Below, one piece after another: positions 46,955 to 59,834 of a stretch of 64,000 nt of DNA (the first letter of the stretch is position 1; the number at the start of each line of letters is the position of its first letter). Source of the DNA: Nemertoderma westbladi (lineage: Eukaryota; Animalia; Xenacoelomorpha); the NCBI GenBank assembly GCA_032718475.1, contig JAUCBJ010008831.1, positions 10,842-74,841 on the forward strand, given 5' to 3'. The position numbers and the translations under genes are program-made. The notes under the pieces are model-generated. The model saw only the letters and a program-made list of their open reading frames with translations. It made no database searches and had not been told where the DNA came from.

Positions 46955-47430
46955 ATAGTCTTTTTTCACATTTTCTTTCACATGAAACCAACGAAAAAAC
47001 GAAAACCATTTCCGAGTAGCAAACACCATTAGGAAGTTAGTGTCTTTCTGTCGTTCTGTCTGTAGGTCTGTCTATTGGTCCTGTCTATCGGTCTCTCTGT
47101 CTGTCTCTTTGAATGACTGTTTGTTTGTTTGTCTCTCTATCTGTCTGTATGTCTGTCTGCTTGTCTAACTATTTATTTGTCTATCTATCCGTTTGTCTGT
47201 CTGTTTGTTTATATAAATATACAATAAAGCACACCATATAGCTAAAATTTTATGTTTAGTGATATTCTTGGTTGTTGATTTCCGATTTCAGTAAGGGATT
47301 ACAATATTTTGTAACATTTTCTTATTGCTTCGCATCTAGAAGATTAACAGGTTATTTTGTATTTTTAGTATTTAATTCATTGTATATAAATATTTTAATG
47401 TTTTGAGTTAATTTATATTGGTTATATTCA
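46955..47430 (+). repeat. Interspersed repeat with (GTCT/GTTT)n core; second copy at ~51495-51930
   Basis: CTTTCACATGAAAC...CCATTAGGAA.TTAGTGTCTTTCTGTCG...GCACACCATATAGCTAAAA is shared by both loci in the same orientation. Confidence 0.85.
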
Positions 47431-47598
47431 TATGGCATATTGTACTCGAATTTCTCCATTTACATACGTTCAACTTGTGCTATTACTTACTACTGTAATT
47501 TGTAATATTTGTTTTAATGTACAACCCGAATTAAATAATAAATCAATAAAATAAGTATTATGTATTAATACATATTTCCATTCACAGATATCTATGCA

Positions 47599-48657
47599 TC
47601 ATACTACATACATTTGGAAATGGGTCAGACAGATTTCAAAGTTCTCCGCGTCTGTTTCATTCCTGAAGTGGAAGATAAATCGAAAATACACAGGATGTGA
47701 AACTGTTTCCGGTTCAGTTAATATGACAATTTTATGTTCTCTGGTTATCTTCGCTTCTTTACTAAGTTTAGTTATTTTACCTTTGTCACTCTGATGTGGT
47801 TGCTTCACTATAACTACTTTCAATTCTCTTTTTATCGTTACATCAATAGGACCGTAAACAGAATTAAAAACTGATGGAATAACATTATTAAATTCTACTT
47901 TTTTAGGTTGGTGTGTGATTTGAGAAGAAGTTGTCGTTGGTGTCACCTTTTGAAGAAGGTATCCTGTACCGGTTTCGCGTACTGGCGTCCCTTTAAATTG
48001 TACACTAATTGCTTCACGATGAAAATCAATGGCTTCCGTTCTACTGCGGAAGTGAAAAATACATTTAAATCCCATCCCACGTAATGTAACTAACCTTCCA
48101 CCTCCTCCATCATTTGTGAGAACTTTAATATTTGAACCACGAAGTGGAAATGCCATACTGTATGGTTTCTTATATTGGATATTTTTTGTCTTAAGGTTCA
48201 ACAATATAGAAATTGCTCGATTAACTTTTACATCATGAATTTCAACAATTGGTTCCAACTGATTAAAATTTTCGCTTTTATCTCTATAATATGTTCCACG
48301 TTCAATTTTTATCGCATTATCAATAAGGCATGCTAACCCAATGGTCCTTCTTGATTTGCCAGATGTTATTTTTGGCAATATGCGATCTAATTTACTCTTC
48401 CTGGATTTACTTTGACAGGCAGGTTGATGATCCACACAGGATGCAATACGTCGTCGATCTAATATACAATTTGAATGGCTATTTATATTTGGTAACTTTT
48501 CAAGATGCAAATGTTGTGATGATACAGGAAAACACTCTATTGAATTATTTGATGTTGCATTGGGGGAAGAAACACATTCTTCTTCTGTGACATTAATGTC
48601 TTTGTCTCCGAATTCTTCATCTATCACAAGCGGAGGTCCTAAGTAATGGTCCATCAC
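47599..48657 (-). CDS. Hypothetical 352-aa intronless protein, possibly two PH/EVH1-like domains
   Basis: Long uninterrupted ORF in AT-rich DNA. It has two internal look-alike ends, CIFHFRSRTEAIDF and FIFHFRNETDAENF. Confidence 0.55.
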   Translation of the reverse strand: MMDHYLGPPLVIDEEFGDKDINVTEEECVSSPNATSNNSIECFPVSSQHLHLEKLPNINSHSNCILDRRRIASCVDHQPACQSKSRKSKLDRILPKITSGKSRRTIGLACLIDNAIKIERGTYYRDKSENFNQLEPIVEIHDVKVNRAISILLNLKTKNIQYKKPYSMAFPLRGSNIKVLTNDGGGGRLVTLRGMGFKCIFHFRSRTEAIDFHREAISVQFKGTPVRETGTGYLLQKVTPTTTSSQITHQPKKVEFNNVIPSVFNSVYGPIDVTIKRELKVVIVKQPHQSDKGKITKLSKEAKITREHKIVILTEPETVSHPVYFRFIFHFRNETDAENFEICLTHFQMYVV

Positions 48658-51002
48658 AATAAGTATCTATATGGAGAGATCGGTGTTAAATCTTTTATTA
48701 CAAATGACTAACTAGTAATTATTAATATTCGATTGGAGTTCAGCCATTATCTGTTGTTTATCTCATATTTTTCATATTTTTAATATCCTTATTTCGATAT
48801 TCGCTTCAAGCCGCAAGGTGGTGTACGCGAATGGCTGTTGAAGTCATTCATAAACCAGAGTTTCAGCCTTTTAACGACATTCACGCCAACCCACATGTGG
48901 AATCACTAGAGCAGCGCCGGTTGCGTTAACTGTTATCGGTGAGTCGTGATATTACACCGATGGCATCGGTGGGTCATACATATTATTTATTACCAATAAT
49001 TGTTAATTTGTTTATTGTTTAATTTGCTTGGATTTTATTAATACCAAAGAAACCTGACGGATCTCATTCTTCTCCGGTGTTGAGTTGTAATTTTAATATT
49101 GCAGTTACAAAATTTGATTTTGTATATCAAATTTGTGTTACTTGTATTATTCGTGCGACATATGAAAAAATGCCGTTATCAATAATAAGTTACTATACAT
49201 TTCAGTGATCGTGTTCAGTTCGTGATCTGCATCCAGAAAACCCATAAGGTAATAAAATTAGGTTGATTTTGATTTGGCTTTGATAGTTCATTAATATATT
49301 TCCAGTCACATTTCACATTAGCAGAAACTTTCTCCAATGTTTTTTATTTGAGTTACATAATCGCGACCAGTATCCAAAAAACCGCTATATACCGCAATTA
49401 TTGACCCACCTCTCTAAAATCTACAAATTTTAACGAAAACGTCGCATTTTTTGTTTGTACTTAAATTTCTCTAGTGGGAATTAAAAAATTAAAAAAAATT
49501 ACTTGGTTGCTTATTTCGCCTGCACCAAAGAAAGATACAATTTTCGGCTAACCTTTTTTCTATACAGGTTTTCTGGGCGCTGAATCCATTGAAAAATATT
49601 TAGAAATGATCTGATTACTATAAATGGCTGTCCATATACAGTATATATGTATAATAAAAAAAATGAAAAAAAACAAGTGACCTGCAATTTTCAGTTTAGA
49701 CACAAACATTTTAATTCACTTATATGATGCTATTATTTCACATTTTCAAGTTTTCTGGGGCGCTGATTCTAATGGAATACATTTCCAATTATCCAGATCA
49801 TTGCTACTCGTATTTTTCGGCGTAATATGGCAAATTTTAGTGTTAGCACCAAATTTCATACCCATCTTCAAAAAGTACAAGTATGAGATGTCAAGTGCTG
49901 TTTTTGTAGATTCCATCGGATTCAGGACCCTCATAAACCAGTATAACGCAAGAAACAAGAGAGAACTCTTATGCAATTTAATATAAGTTTGCAATTAATG
50001 CAATAAAGTTTGAGAACTCTTATGCAATTTTTACTTATTCCATTGAATTTAGAACCCTCACAGACACGTATAACGCAAAAAATAAGGTGATACAATCAAT
50101 TGATATATTTGATGGGTTTCAAAAGTTGGTGTTAGCACAAGATGTTGCACCCATTTCCGAAAAATACAATTTTGAGATGTATAGTTAGATAATTACTTAT
50201 TCAATTGAATTCAGAACCATAAACCTCTACAATGCGAGAAATAAGTTGTCACATTCAATTGGACTATTGAATGGATTTTCAAAATTTCGTGCTGGCACCA
50301 AATTTTTCACCCAACACTGAAACATACAAGTTTGATATGCATGGTGCAACTCGTATTCCATCGAAACCATACCCCAAAAAATCCCTATTGCGCAAAAAAC
50401 AGGTTCAAACTATGAATTTACAAAAATGACATATTTCACAATTTGGATCTGGCACCAAAATCAGGCACCCGCCGAAATGTTATAGTTTATTTTATATGAA
50501 TTCCATCTAATCTAACAAAACCGGTGTAAATAAAAAATACTATAGATTTATAGGAAAAGTCATGAAAATTTAGATTCCCAACTGCGTTTGTTTCAGAGTT
50601 ATAACAAAAATACCTCAGTTGATTATATTGTCCCCCCCCCCCGGGTTTAATAAGGTTAATAAAACACCCACCCATAAGCTACTAGATTTCTGCCATCTCT
50701 GGCAAGTTTAGCTACAAAATATTTGTTCTTTTTATATCTAACAACCAAGGCGTTCTAGAACTACAAGGACATGCAGCCGTGCGGGACTGGAGGCAAACTA
50801 TTTTTAGTTCAATTTCACAATTTATGTGAAGTTGTCACTCATTTTACGAATAATATAACAAATTTTAGAAAATTATATTCTGTAAATATAATTATTATAA
50901 ATTCATTATTGCGTTGTATTTGTTTTCGATGAGGCGTTCAAAACAAACTGTAGATCATGATGACGGAGTTTGCTTTTTTTGCTTAAAGCACCATTTTCGT
51001 TA

Positions 51003-51140
51003 GGAAAAGTTGCATAAAAATTCCAAAAAGTTATATATAAAATTTCCAAAAGTTGTATTAAAAGTTATATAAAAATTCCTAAAAGTTATATAAAAATTCA
51101 TAAAAGTTATATAAAAATTCATAAAAGTTATATAGAATGT
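51003..51140. repeat. ~20-bp AT-rich minisatellite (AAAAGTTATATAAAAATTCMT), ~6 units
   Basis: Head-to-tail repeats are directly visible. Confidence 0.85.
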
Positions 51141-53899
51141 CAAAAAATACAATTATGGACATGTAGAGTACAGTAGTTTCATTAAAGCGAAGTGTATTCT
51201 AGAATAGTGCATAAGATTGAATTTAAAAAGTAGCTAAATATTATTGTATTGTAATAAGCTTATAGAATATACTGTACTGTAATATAGTGTACATAATCTG
51301 TACAATTCTTGCTTTCTGTATTGCTTTACCACAGACTGGGGCAAATCTGTATTGTGAGAATAAATTATAATAGAATACAGAATAGAGTAGAGATAATAGA
51401 TAATAAATATTGTGAGAATACGTGTGTATATCCATCATAAATATACAATGGTCTTTAACGCTGAAAAGTGACCTTTGCATGTAAAGTTGCTCTCTAGGTT
51501 GTTTTCACATGCTCTTTCACATGAAACAAATGAAAAAAACGCAAAAATTCTCTGTGTCGCAAGTCCCATTAGGAATTTAGTGTCTTTCTGTCGGTCTGTC
51601 TCTTTGAATGACTGTTTGTTTGTTTGTCTCTCTATCTGTCTGTATGTCTGTCTGCTTGTCTGACTATTTATTTGTGTATCGATTTGATTGTCCGTCTGTT
51701 TGTTTACAGCAGGAAGCACACCATATAGCTAAAACTTTATGTTTAATGATTTACTTGGTTGTTGATTTCCGTTGTCTATCAGTAAGAAGGGATTACAATA
51801 TTTTGTAACATTTTCTTATTGCTTCGCTTCTAGAAGATTAATAGGTTATTTTTTGTATTTTTAGTATTTAATTTATTGTATACTAAATATTTTAATATTT
51901 TGAGTTAATATATATTTGTTATATATTCATTCATAGTATATTTCTGTAAAGGATTTCTCGTGCCTTCAGCACGATGAGCTCCTAAACGGCTTTTTTGTAT
52001 CTCAAAAATAATTCCTCGTGTTAATACACTTGTTTGTTGTTTTGGTTTCTTGGTTACAAGATTGACTTGATATTAGCTCGCATAGTACACGGTCCTTCAA
52101 TGATTTGTTATTTACGGATTTCTTAAAAAACGTTAAAAAACGCCTTTTTAGCAATATTTATCCACCTTAGTCAGCTTTGTTTTTCGTCTTTGAATTGTAA
52201 TCTAGATATCAAGAGAACCGCCTTTATCTGCAGTTTCCGAATCTGAAAAGCTGTTTCTGACAATCTGATAAATTTCACCAAAATTGCCAGAGATATTATC
52301 AAAATACTAAGTTGAAAATAAATATTGAGACGTGAATCGCTCTAATTCTAATGTTTTTTACCCTCATTCTAGAATTTTAATTATTATTTAGTTGAGCTTC
52401 TAAAACTCCCATCTTCTTGATTCTTCATTTACGTCTCAAAATTTTCACCTTAGTATTTTGATAACATCTCTGTAATTTTCTGTAATATCCGTTGTATTGA
52501 AATAGCTCAGAAATTTAAAAATCCGGCTCTGCTCTGCAAGGAGTAAGATAAAGTAAATTTTCTAAAATACAGGAGCAAAATACTGAGATACACAATGTCC
52601 TGGAATATAGTGTCGTTATTCTAGTACATGTTATTCGTTATACATGTTATATTTATCTTTTATTGGGGAGGGAATCTTTTGGCACTATTTTCAATTTAAC
52701 CTGGTTGCTATTTTTCGGCCAATAATATCATAATATATAATGTAATAATAAATTCGGCAAATACAGACTCGCAATTCCGGTGGGGTACGACTTCACCAGC
52801 CAGTTTCTATCCGTAGCGAGTGTGACATAACACGTAAATGGGTTAGAGGGATCCGTCTGAAGTCTGAAATATAAGGCTTAATTAAGACATGATTAAATAG
52901 AGTGTATCGTGAGGTTAGCGTTTATCACAGTGCGGTAGGTATGAAACTTCGTTGCTGATTTTGGATAGCCGGCCATACGGGATTACACAAGCTTGTCGGC
53001 CAATGAAATTAGGTTTTGCATAAGCTAAGCTTAAATAGTAAAAACTGTGTAACAGAGTAGGTACAGTCAGACAGACTAAGGCAAGTGAATATCCACTATC
53101 CAGCTATCAGCATAGGCTTATAGGTATTGAAATTATATTATACCGGTATTTCACTGTATTTCTGTATTTGGTCTGTATACAGTAATCATAATCCGATAAT
53201 GAAGAGAATTACAGACTTTTTATGGCTCTTCTTCTAAAAGATCTTGTTTGGAAGATTCGGTACTAACACCAGTTCCTCCTCCTGTCCCGTGCTGCGAGAC
53301 ACCAAAATTTTCATGTCGATGCGCTTTGATTTGACAACAAACCTGTGCAGCCATATAGCACCCGGCGCCATCCCACCTACTTTATCATATGTCCGTCCCC
53401 TATTCATCTGTTCACTGTCACTGTCAGGTGCCAGACTGTAACTTTTGGCCTTTAACTTATCAGGAAGCAATACAAGGAATTCAAATTTGACAAAATTTAG
53501 GTGAAAAATTTTTTACTCTTTCTTTTTTTTCTTTTTTTACTTTTTCCATTATTATTTAAAATGACTTTTAAGTTTTAAGTTTAACATAGCCAGGTAGCCG
53601 CGTAGAGTCTATTGCAATAATAATTTGGATGGTAGATTTTCTCTGGTGCCAACCACACCTCAATTATCAGATTATAGATTTTATAGTGTTGGCGCAGCGC
53701 TCCTTCAAATATTATCTGGCGCAGGCGCAATTTTTATAATGTCTGGAGCACTATCCCGTGCACTTTTTGTAAGGATTCCACTAGGGGTTCCTCCTCCCGT
53801 CCCGGTTGTTGTTGAGGAAGATGATGCTGCTGTCCTATCAGAACCAGTTCCTCCTCCTGTCCCAGTTGGTGTTGATCAAAACGTTGCTGCTGTCCCTCT

Positions 53900-54085
53900 A
53901 GCACCAGCACCCCAAAATGAACTTGTTGACGATTTGGTCGTGTATCAGGAAGGTGGACATTGTCAGTTGAACGATGGCCAGAAATATCAGCTCTGGACCA
54001 ACAAGTGGAGGCTGCCTTTTGGTTTCAATTTCCCCATTGTTGAAGGCTGCCGCTTCCAGTCTCACTGGTTGGATCTATACCAGTT
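53900..54085 (+). pseudogene. hAT (TTF-zinc-finger type) transposase N-terminal fragment
   Basis: DGQKYQLWTNKWRLPFGFNFP...RFQSHWLDLY resembles the FP...R.F...W...Y lead-in of TTF-type hAT transposases. It is fused directly to an RT fragment. Confidence 0.45.
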
Positions 54086-54457
54086 CCCAAGAAGGGCAAC
54101 CTAACACTCTATGGTTCTTTTCGGGGAATCTCATTGATCTCGATTGCTGCAAAGCTATACAATAGAATTCTATTAAATCGCATCAGGGATCCCATTGAGA
54201 GACTGCTCCGTGGAAATCAGAATGGGTTCCGTAAAGGTCGTGGGACCATGGAGCCCATGTTGGCACTTAGAAGGATAATTGAAGAGTTATCAAAAAAGAA
54301 AGACAGGCATCTGGCTGTTATCTTTGTTGACTTCTTCAAGGCCTTTGATTCAGTCTCTCGCTCACGTATGTCCAGCATACTTTCATTATATAGGATTCCT
54401 GATGAAATTATTGCAGCAATCAGATCAGTATACGATGGTTCCAAAACAATAAACTAA
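54085..54457 (+). pseudogene. Internal RT fragment of an RTE-like LINE
   Basis: RGISLISIAAKLYNRILLNRI, QNGFRKGRGT and FVDFFKAFDSV. Confidence 0.88.
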
Positions 54458-55534
54458 TTTCCTATTTTATTTGTATCATTTTCCCGCTTTGCGTCCCCAT
54501 TTATCTTTGTGGTCATTTTCCATCCCTTAAGGTGGCTCAACATGAAAAATTGAAAAAAACTAAAAAAAAAATATTCCTATAGATTTTAACTCCAAATGAT
54601 GAATATTTGTGTTGGACAAGTTTTGGTGGCATCAGGATAATCATTTCATGCACCAGAGACCCATATAAGCATGAAATGTTCATTAGCGGTAATGTAAATT
54701 TGCGATTTAAATGTCATTTTCTGCCGCTTGCATTTATCGCGTGCCAGTTTCATTCATGTACCTATTCCTCAAAAACTACTGAAGGTAGATGTATGAAATT
54801 TTGGGACCTTGTACAGAATTTCCAGCTCTTTCTTAATGGCCTCAATGACATAAATCCATCAATTTGTTTTGCCAATGGGTTTGCCAATGTCTCAAACTCA
54901 AAAAATTATTTTTTGACTTTGAGACCGCTACAGGGTGGGGGCTTCCGTCGCTCAAGTCACTGTTATTATACTTCAACTGAGTCATGGAAGCTCGTGCAAC
55001 TGCGAGAACTATTTAGTAAAGTATTAAATTCCCTGATCCCTTCAATTCAACCATTTATTACACTGTGTTATTTCTTCAGGTAAATGTAACTAAAACTAAC
55101 TTTAGCTGTATTTAACAACTTTCCGGTATTTATTATTATTTTCATGACTAATCTTAAAAATTAAAATATACAAATGATAAGCGAATTTGTAATGTTTTTT
55201 CTGCATATTTATTGTTGGCATGGCACTTAGCGAAAACCCACACTAAACGGTTTCATTAACCCAATAAATCACAGAACGTAAAAAGTTTAGTTTAACTATA
55301 TTTTTAATACAATTAAATTTTGTTTATGTTTTCATTGTCAAGAAAATTGAACAGCTATAATCGACTTTTAGCCTTATTTAATGGTATCAATAATGCAATG
55401 CCTATATTACCCCCCCCCCCCCCCCCCCCGGGTTGTCGCGTTCTAATATTAATAATATCCACGATGTTATACGATATTATTAATATCCACGTGCAGTAAA
55501 ATAAAGTTAGAAATTATTGTTTCAATTATCACAG

Positions 55535-55836
55535 GTCACGCTGGAGATGAGGTCTTTATCCCTCGAATAGAATTAACCATCACTGAGGAAGACATCCCAA
55601 TCAAGTGACGGCGGCGCAAATTTCCCGTCAGTGTCACCTTCTCCATGACAATAAACAAGGGTCAAGGCCAAACGCTAACTGTAGTTGGCGTTTGGTTGAA
55701 ACAGCCTTGTTTCGCCCACGGCCAACTCTATATGGCGTCATCGAGGGTTGGAAACCCCCAAAACCTTGTTTATGCCATAAAGAAATCAGACTGTGGACTA
55801 ACTAGGAACGTAGTCTACCATGAAGTTTTGCTATAG
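55535..55836 (+). pseudogene. Helitron PIF1-like helicase, C-terminal exon
   Basis: VFIPRI...RRRKFPVSVTFSMTINKGQGQTL..VGVWL..PCFAHGQLYMASSRV...TRNVVYHEVL, with one internal TGA. Confidence 0.88.
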
Positions 55837-56026
55837 TAACTTTGGTAACACTTTCGTAACTTTTGCTGATAATCTCGCATATTATTTTTTTTATCAAAGT
55901 GCGAGTTATAATATTATATTTTTGCCATCAATGAATTACATATTACATACATACAGTATCAGTGAATCTGCCTCGGTCGATAATGTTATATCTATTTTTT
56001 TACTGCATTAAGACTAACTGATTTAA

Positions 56027-56749
56027 GGGGGGGGGGGGGGGGGGTACACCATTTTGGTCAAAAATATGTCGAAATTTTTTTTATGATCTAATATAATGCA
56101 GCAATGAATGGTGTTTCCAAATCTGAAAACCGCTATTTAATAGCTCATTTAGTTTTTAAGTTATAACAATTTCCATTTAGGGATTCCTATTGAAATTACT
56201 ATTACTATGTATAATGAAAGGTCGATTATCTCTAAATATTTTTTTTATGAAATTGTCAACTTCAAAACCCTACTACTTCTACAATTTTTGAGCAATTAGT
56301 CTGAAACTTTCTGTGGGTGTCTAGATAGCCGCCCTGCATAAAAGTATCAGACAACTTTTCGAAATTATTTGTTAATAAAATTTAATACTATTTATAACAA
56401 ACCTAAAAATTAGGCATAAATTTGCAGCGCCACCTAGCGGTGCAGAATTATTTTCACAAAATTTCGCCTGATAGTTATGTTGCCCCATCTTTGATCTATC
56501 ATATAAAAAAACTTTCATGTGATTAGATTCAAAACTGTAAAAGCCTTAGGGTTTTAAGCGCAACCAAGTTTTTTTTGTTGTTAACTAGTATTAACAAATA
56601 TTAAATAGCGAAAAATAAAAATTTTCTAATCTGTCATGTAGAATAGAATCTTAGGCACCAATATTCCAAATTATAGCCAAAACCAAACTATTTTGAAACG
56701 CTGAGAGTGATAAATCGAAGAGTTGTCCGAAAATGGTGTACCCCCCCCC
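56027..56749. mobile_element. Kolobok-type non-autonomous DNA transposon
   Basis: TTAA on both sides (56023-56026, 56750-56753). TIR G(n)TACACCATTTT / AAAATGGTGTAC(n). GG..CC termini with a TTAA TSD fit Kolobok rather than piggyBac. Confidence 0.8.
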
Positions 56750-57388
56750 TTAAATAATGTTCATTCTCTTAAAACCGCAACCCACTAATATAATGAAATA
56801 TAGTAGAATAGTAATACTCAACATTTCATTCTAATTTAATTATTTATTCTTGTTAGAGAGACAGCGTGATATAATAATAAAACTTTATAACGCTTTTAAA
56901 GAGATACTGTAAGCGATTTGTAGCGTGATTATAATGAGGTACGGCAGAGGAAATTGTACCAAATGATCACTTGTTAATAAAAAATAATAACAAATTAATT
57001 ATTGATAATCATAAATCCAGAAATAAAAAATAGCTGCATTGTAGATATTTTATGGAATTGCTATTCTCCCTTTGCTACTACACATACCAGTACTTTACAT
57101 ATTACATACTGTACACATTATCAATATATATTTAACAGTATAACATAAAAGTCTTAATGTTTGAGTTATAGATACAGTCACTATTAATTATTTTTCTATT
57201 AAAACTGAAATAGAAGCCTATAGCAGCAGCGCATAACTAAAGTGTTGCCTGGTGTAAAGTCTTAATGCATGTAGTAATACACCAAAGAAACACCAGTGTA
57301 TCGCTGGCGTATGTATGTGTATTGCGAATCAAAGGCGCTTGCGAATTTTTCACTGTGATACAGTTAATAATTTGTTTATTTCTGACAG

Positions 57389-57690
57389 TTAGGTTAAAAG
57401 TATTTCGGATACTTTTAGTATTTTCTTTTTAATCTCCCCAGCATCGTTAATGCTCTCCAACGCGGCCCCCCACGCAGCGACCTGGCTATCGATTAGCCTT
57501 TTTAGTGGTGGCGTTTGGGCGGGAGAGGATCCCGATCCCGATCCTCTCGGTATAAATGGGGAGGAGGTACCCAAATAGGACGGGGATGCCGGTGGTGGTG
57601 GGGTTGCAGGTGGCGGTGGGGTTGCCATTATCTCCTCTTCGTAGGGGAGAGGGACCCCCGATACCACCGTGGTGGTCGCCTTCACCTCCT
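57389..57690 (-). CDS. Pro/Ser-rich terminal exon of an unknown gene
   Basis: GC-rich open frame preceded by a TTTTATGTTTTAATATAG acceptor-like sequence on the - strand. Confidence 0.35.
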
Positions 57691-58302
57691 ATATTAAAAC
57701 ATAAAACCATTTGAAATAATATTAAAATAATATTGAAATAATATTAAAATCAGCATGTGTTTAAGCCGGATCAGACTTCTCCGTTCTTGAGATCACTATT
57801 TTACTTACTTTCTCAACGTTTTCATTCGTTGAAACGAATTTTGGGGAACTTTTATCACTTTAATACACACTCCTGATATCAGTAAGATGAAAAATGATAT
57901 TCTTTAACAATAAATTTATTGCTTAACTGACATAACAATTTCATATGTTATGTCTGTGTAATTTATAAATTGTACCTTTATACTTTTACACTTTTATTTG
58001 TACCTTTATACTTTTAGTACCGTACTAGTGGAACTATTGAATTAAATTAATTGTGGGATGATCTGAATTAAATGTATAGGGTAATGACAAGACATTATAA
58101 TGTAATTAACTAATTGTAAGTAACAAGTTAAGTTAAAGTAATAAATTATAATAAAATAATTAATTAATTAAATAATAAAATATTAAATTAATGAATAATA
58201 AAATATAAATTTATTTATTTATATGAATTATAATAATAAATTTATTAAAGTCAACGAGACTAATGATATTATATCAACTGCTATCAACTATTAAATGATG
58301 AA

Positions 58303-58575
58303 TTAACTTAACTTCCCTGTGGTCCGGGCGGTGCTATTCAAGGTTTTTAAGCCCTGGAATTGCTGCACTTTCAGATTTCGAAACTCCACTATACTCCACT
58401 TTGGAAGATTCAACTTGCTCTCGAGGAACTTCGCCGGTTCCCAGATCGTTAAACGGCATACATGTTCCCCATCACTTAGGGTGTACACCCGAATGGGAAT
58501 GTCTTTGACAGTGCCATCCCTCGTCACGAAAGCCACGTCGTCCTCGACTTCAGCAACGTAAACAACTATGGGACC
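58303..58575 (-). CDS. OB-fold (RPA70/SSB-like) exon
   Basis: YTLSDGEHVCRLTIWE...IVEFRNLKVQQFQGLKTLNST matches the RPA-type pattern L.D....I.LT.W...N.KV..F.G...L. An AG acceptor lies at ~58576. Confidence 0.6.
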   Translation of the reverse strand, partial: GPIVVYVAEVEDDVAFVTRDGTVKDIPIRVYTLSDGEHVCRLTIWEPAKFLESKLNLPKWSIVEFRNLKVQQFQGLKTLNSTARTTGKLS

Positions 58576-59834
58576 TAAATATAAATATTAAAATATAGCC
58601 TAAAACATCAAAATATATGAATAAAACAGGAAATCTCACTAAAATATTATAAAGCACTCTAAGTGCCTCTGTCACAATTTCAAATTAGATACCTGATTAC
58701 ATATTACTTGAGCAGTACTGCGGATCAATGTATCTTATACCAGAATGCCAGACCAGAGCAAGAGCAGACCACCCCCTCCCCCACCCTTGTGTGTAAAGTA
58801 GCACTTTACAGTGTGATGATCTGGGTGGCTTTAATGAGTGAGTGCAAATAAAACCACGAGGATCAGAACACTGTAAAGTACTTTGCAACAAGTATGTATG
58901 TAGTTTTATTCCAAAATTGTAACATTACGAAATTATTGTATATATATTATAAGTGATAGAAACTGTACAAATTAAATTAGTTGCTATTCCAAAATTGTAA
59001 CATTTCGAAATGATTATATATATACATTATAAGTGATAGAAATTGCACAAATTATATTACAGTAGTTGCTGTATAAATAAATGTGAAAATGACATAAATT
59101 ATGTTATAAATAAGTTAGCTTATATTTATGGTGGCGTTTGGAGTCATGTTAATAATATAGCTACTGGTTATTAATAGCTATACCCTATCTATATATAGCC
59201 TATCTGGCTGTCAGGCAAATTTCCACCTATTGTTTACGTGGTAACCAATGACGGCGATGTCCTCTAAAGTTGTAAAGTGCTAAATAATAACTCACTGTTA
59301 ATACTAACGTCGTTGAGTAATGTTACAATTTTGGAATAAACTATCGTTACATAAAGTACGGTACTGGTAGGTATAGGATCTTAAGTAAAGTATCTGTGGA
59401 TTCGTGGATTGTCAGGGGGAGGAAAAGTACCATAATAGGCCAAGAGAATACAGACAGATAGTCGGATAGACAGACATCTAGGCTGTTGGTACAACGCAAC
59501 GCCAACAAAAAAGTCGGCACAGCCCACAGCGTATGATATTTAGCGCCTCCTAGCGGCGCACCATAAAATTGCTGGTCGCTGGAAACTGTTTCAATGAATT
59601 AATCTTCGGAGTGGATCTTCGTCTAATTCGAGAAATCTGACCAATCTGCAATTCCTCTGTCTGCCGCTAGGGGGCGCAATGTCGGAAAGTGAAAACCTTC
59701 ACCCATTTCGTTATTAATAATGCTTTTATGCTGATACTTTGCAGAGGTCTACAACACCATAGACTCCTTATTTGGTGAGGTACTAGAACCAGTCTGCATT
59801 TCTCCAGTCTGACTGCCAAATGTCTGAAAGTACT

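Noticed and set aside
54607-55083. 158-aa ORF
   Set aside because: It has a non-ATG start and no motifs, and it lies in a probable non-autonomous DNA element beginning TTAA-GG at ~54527.
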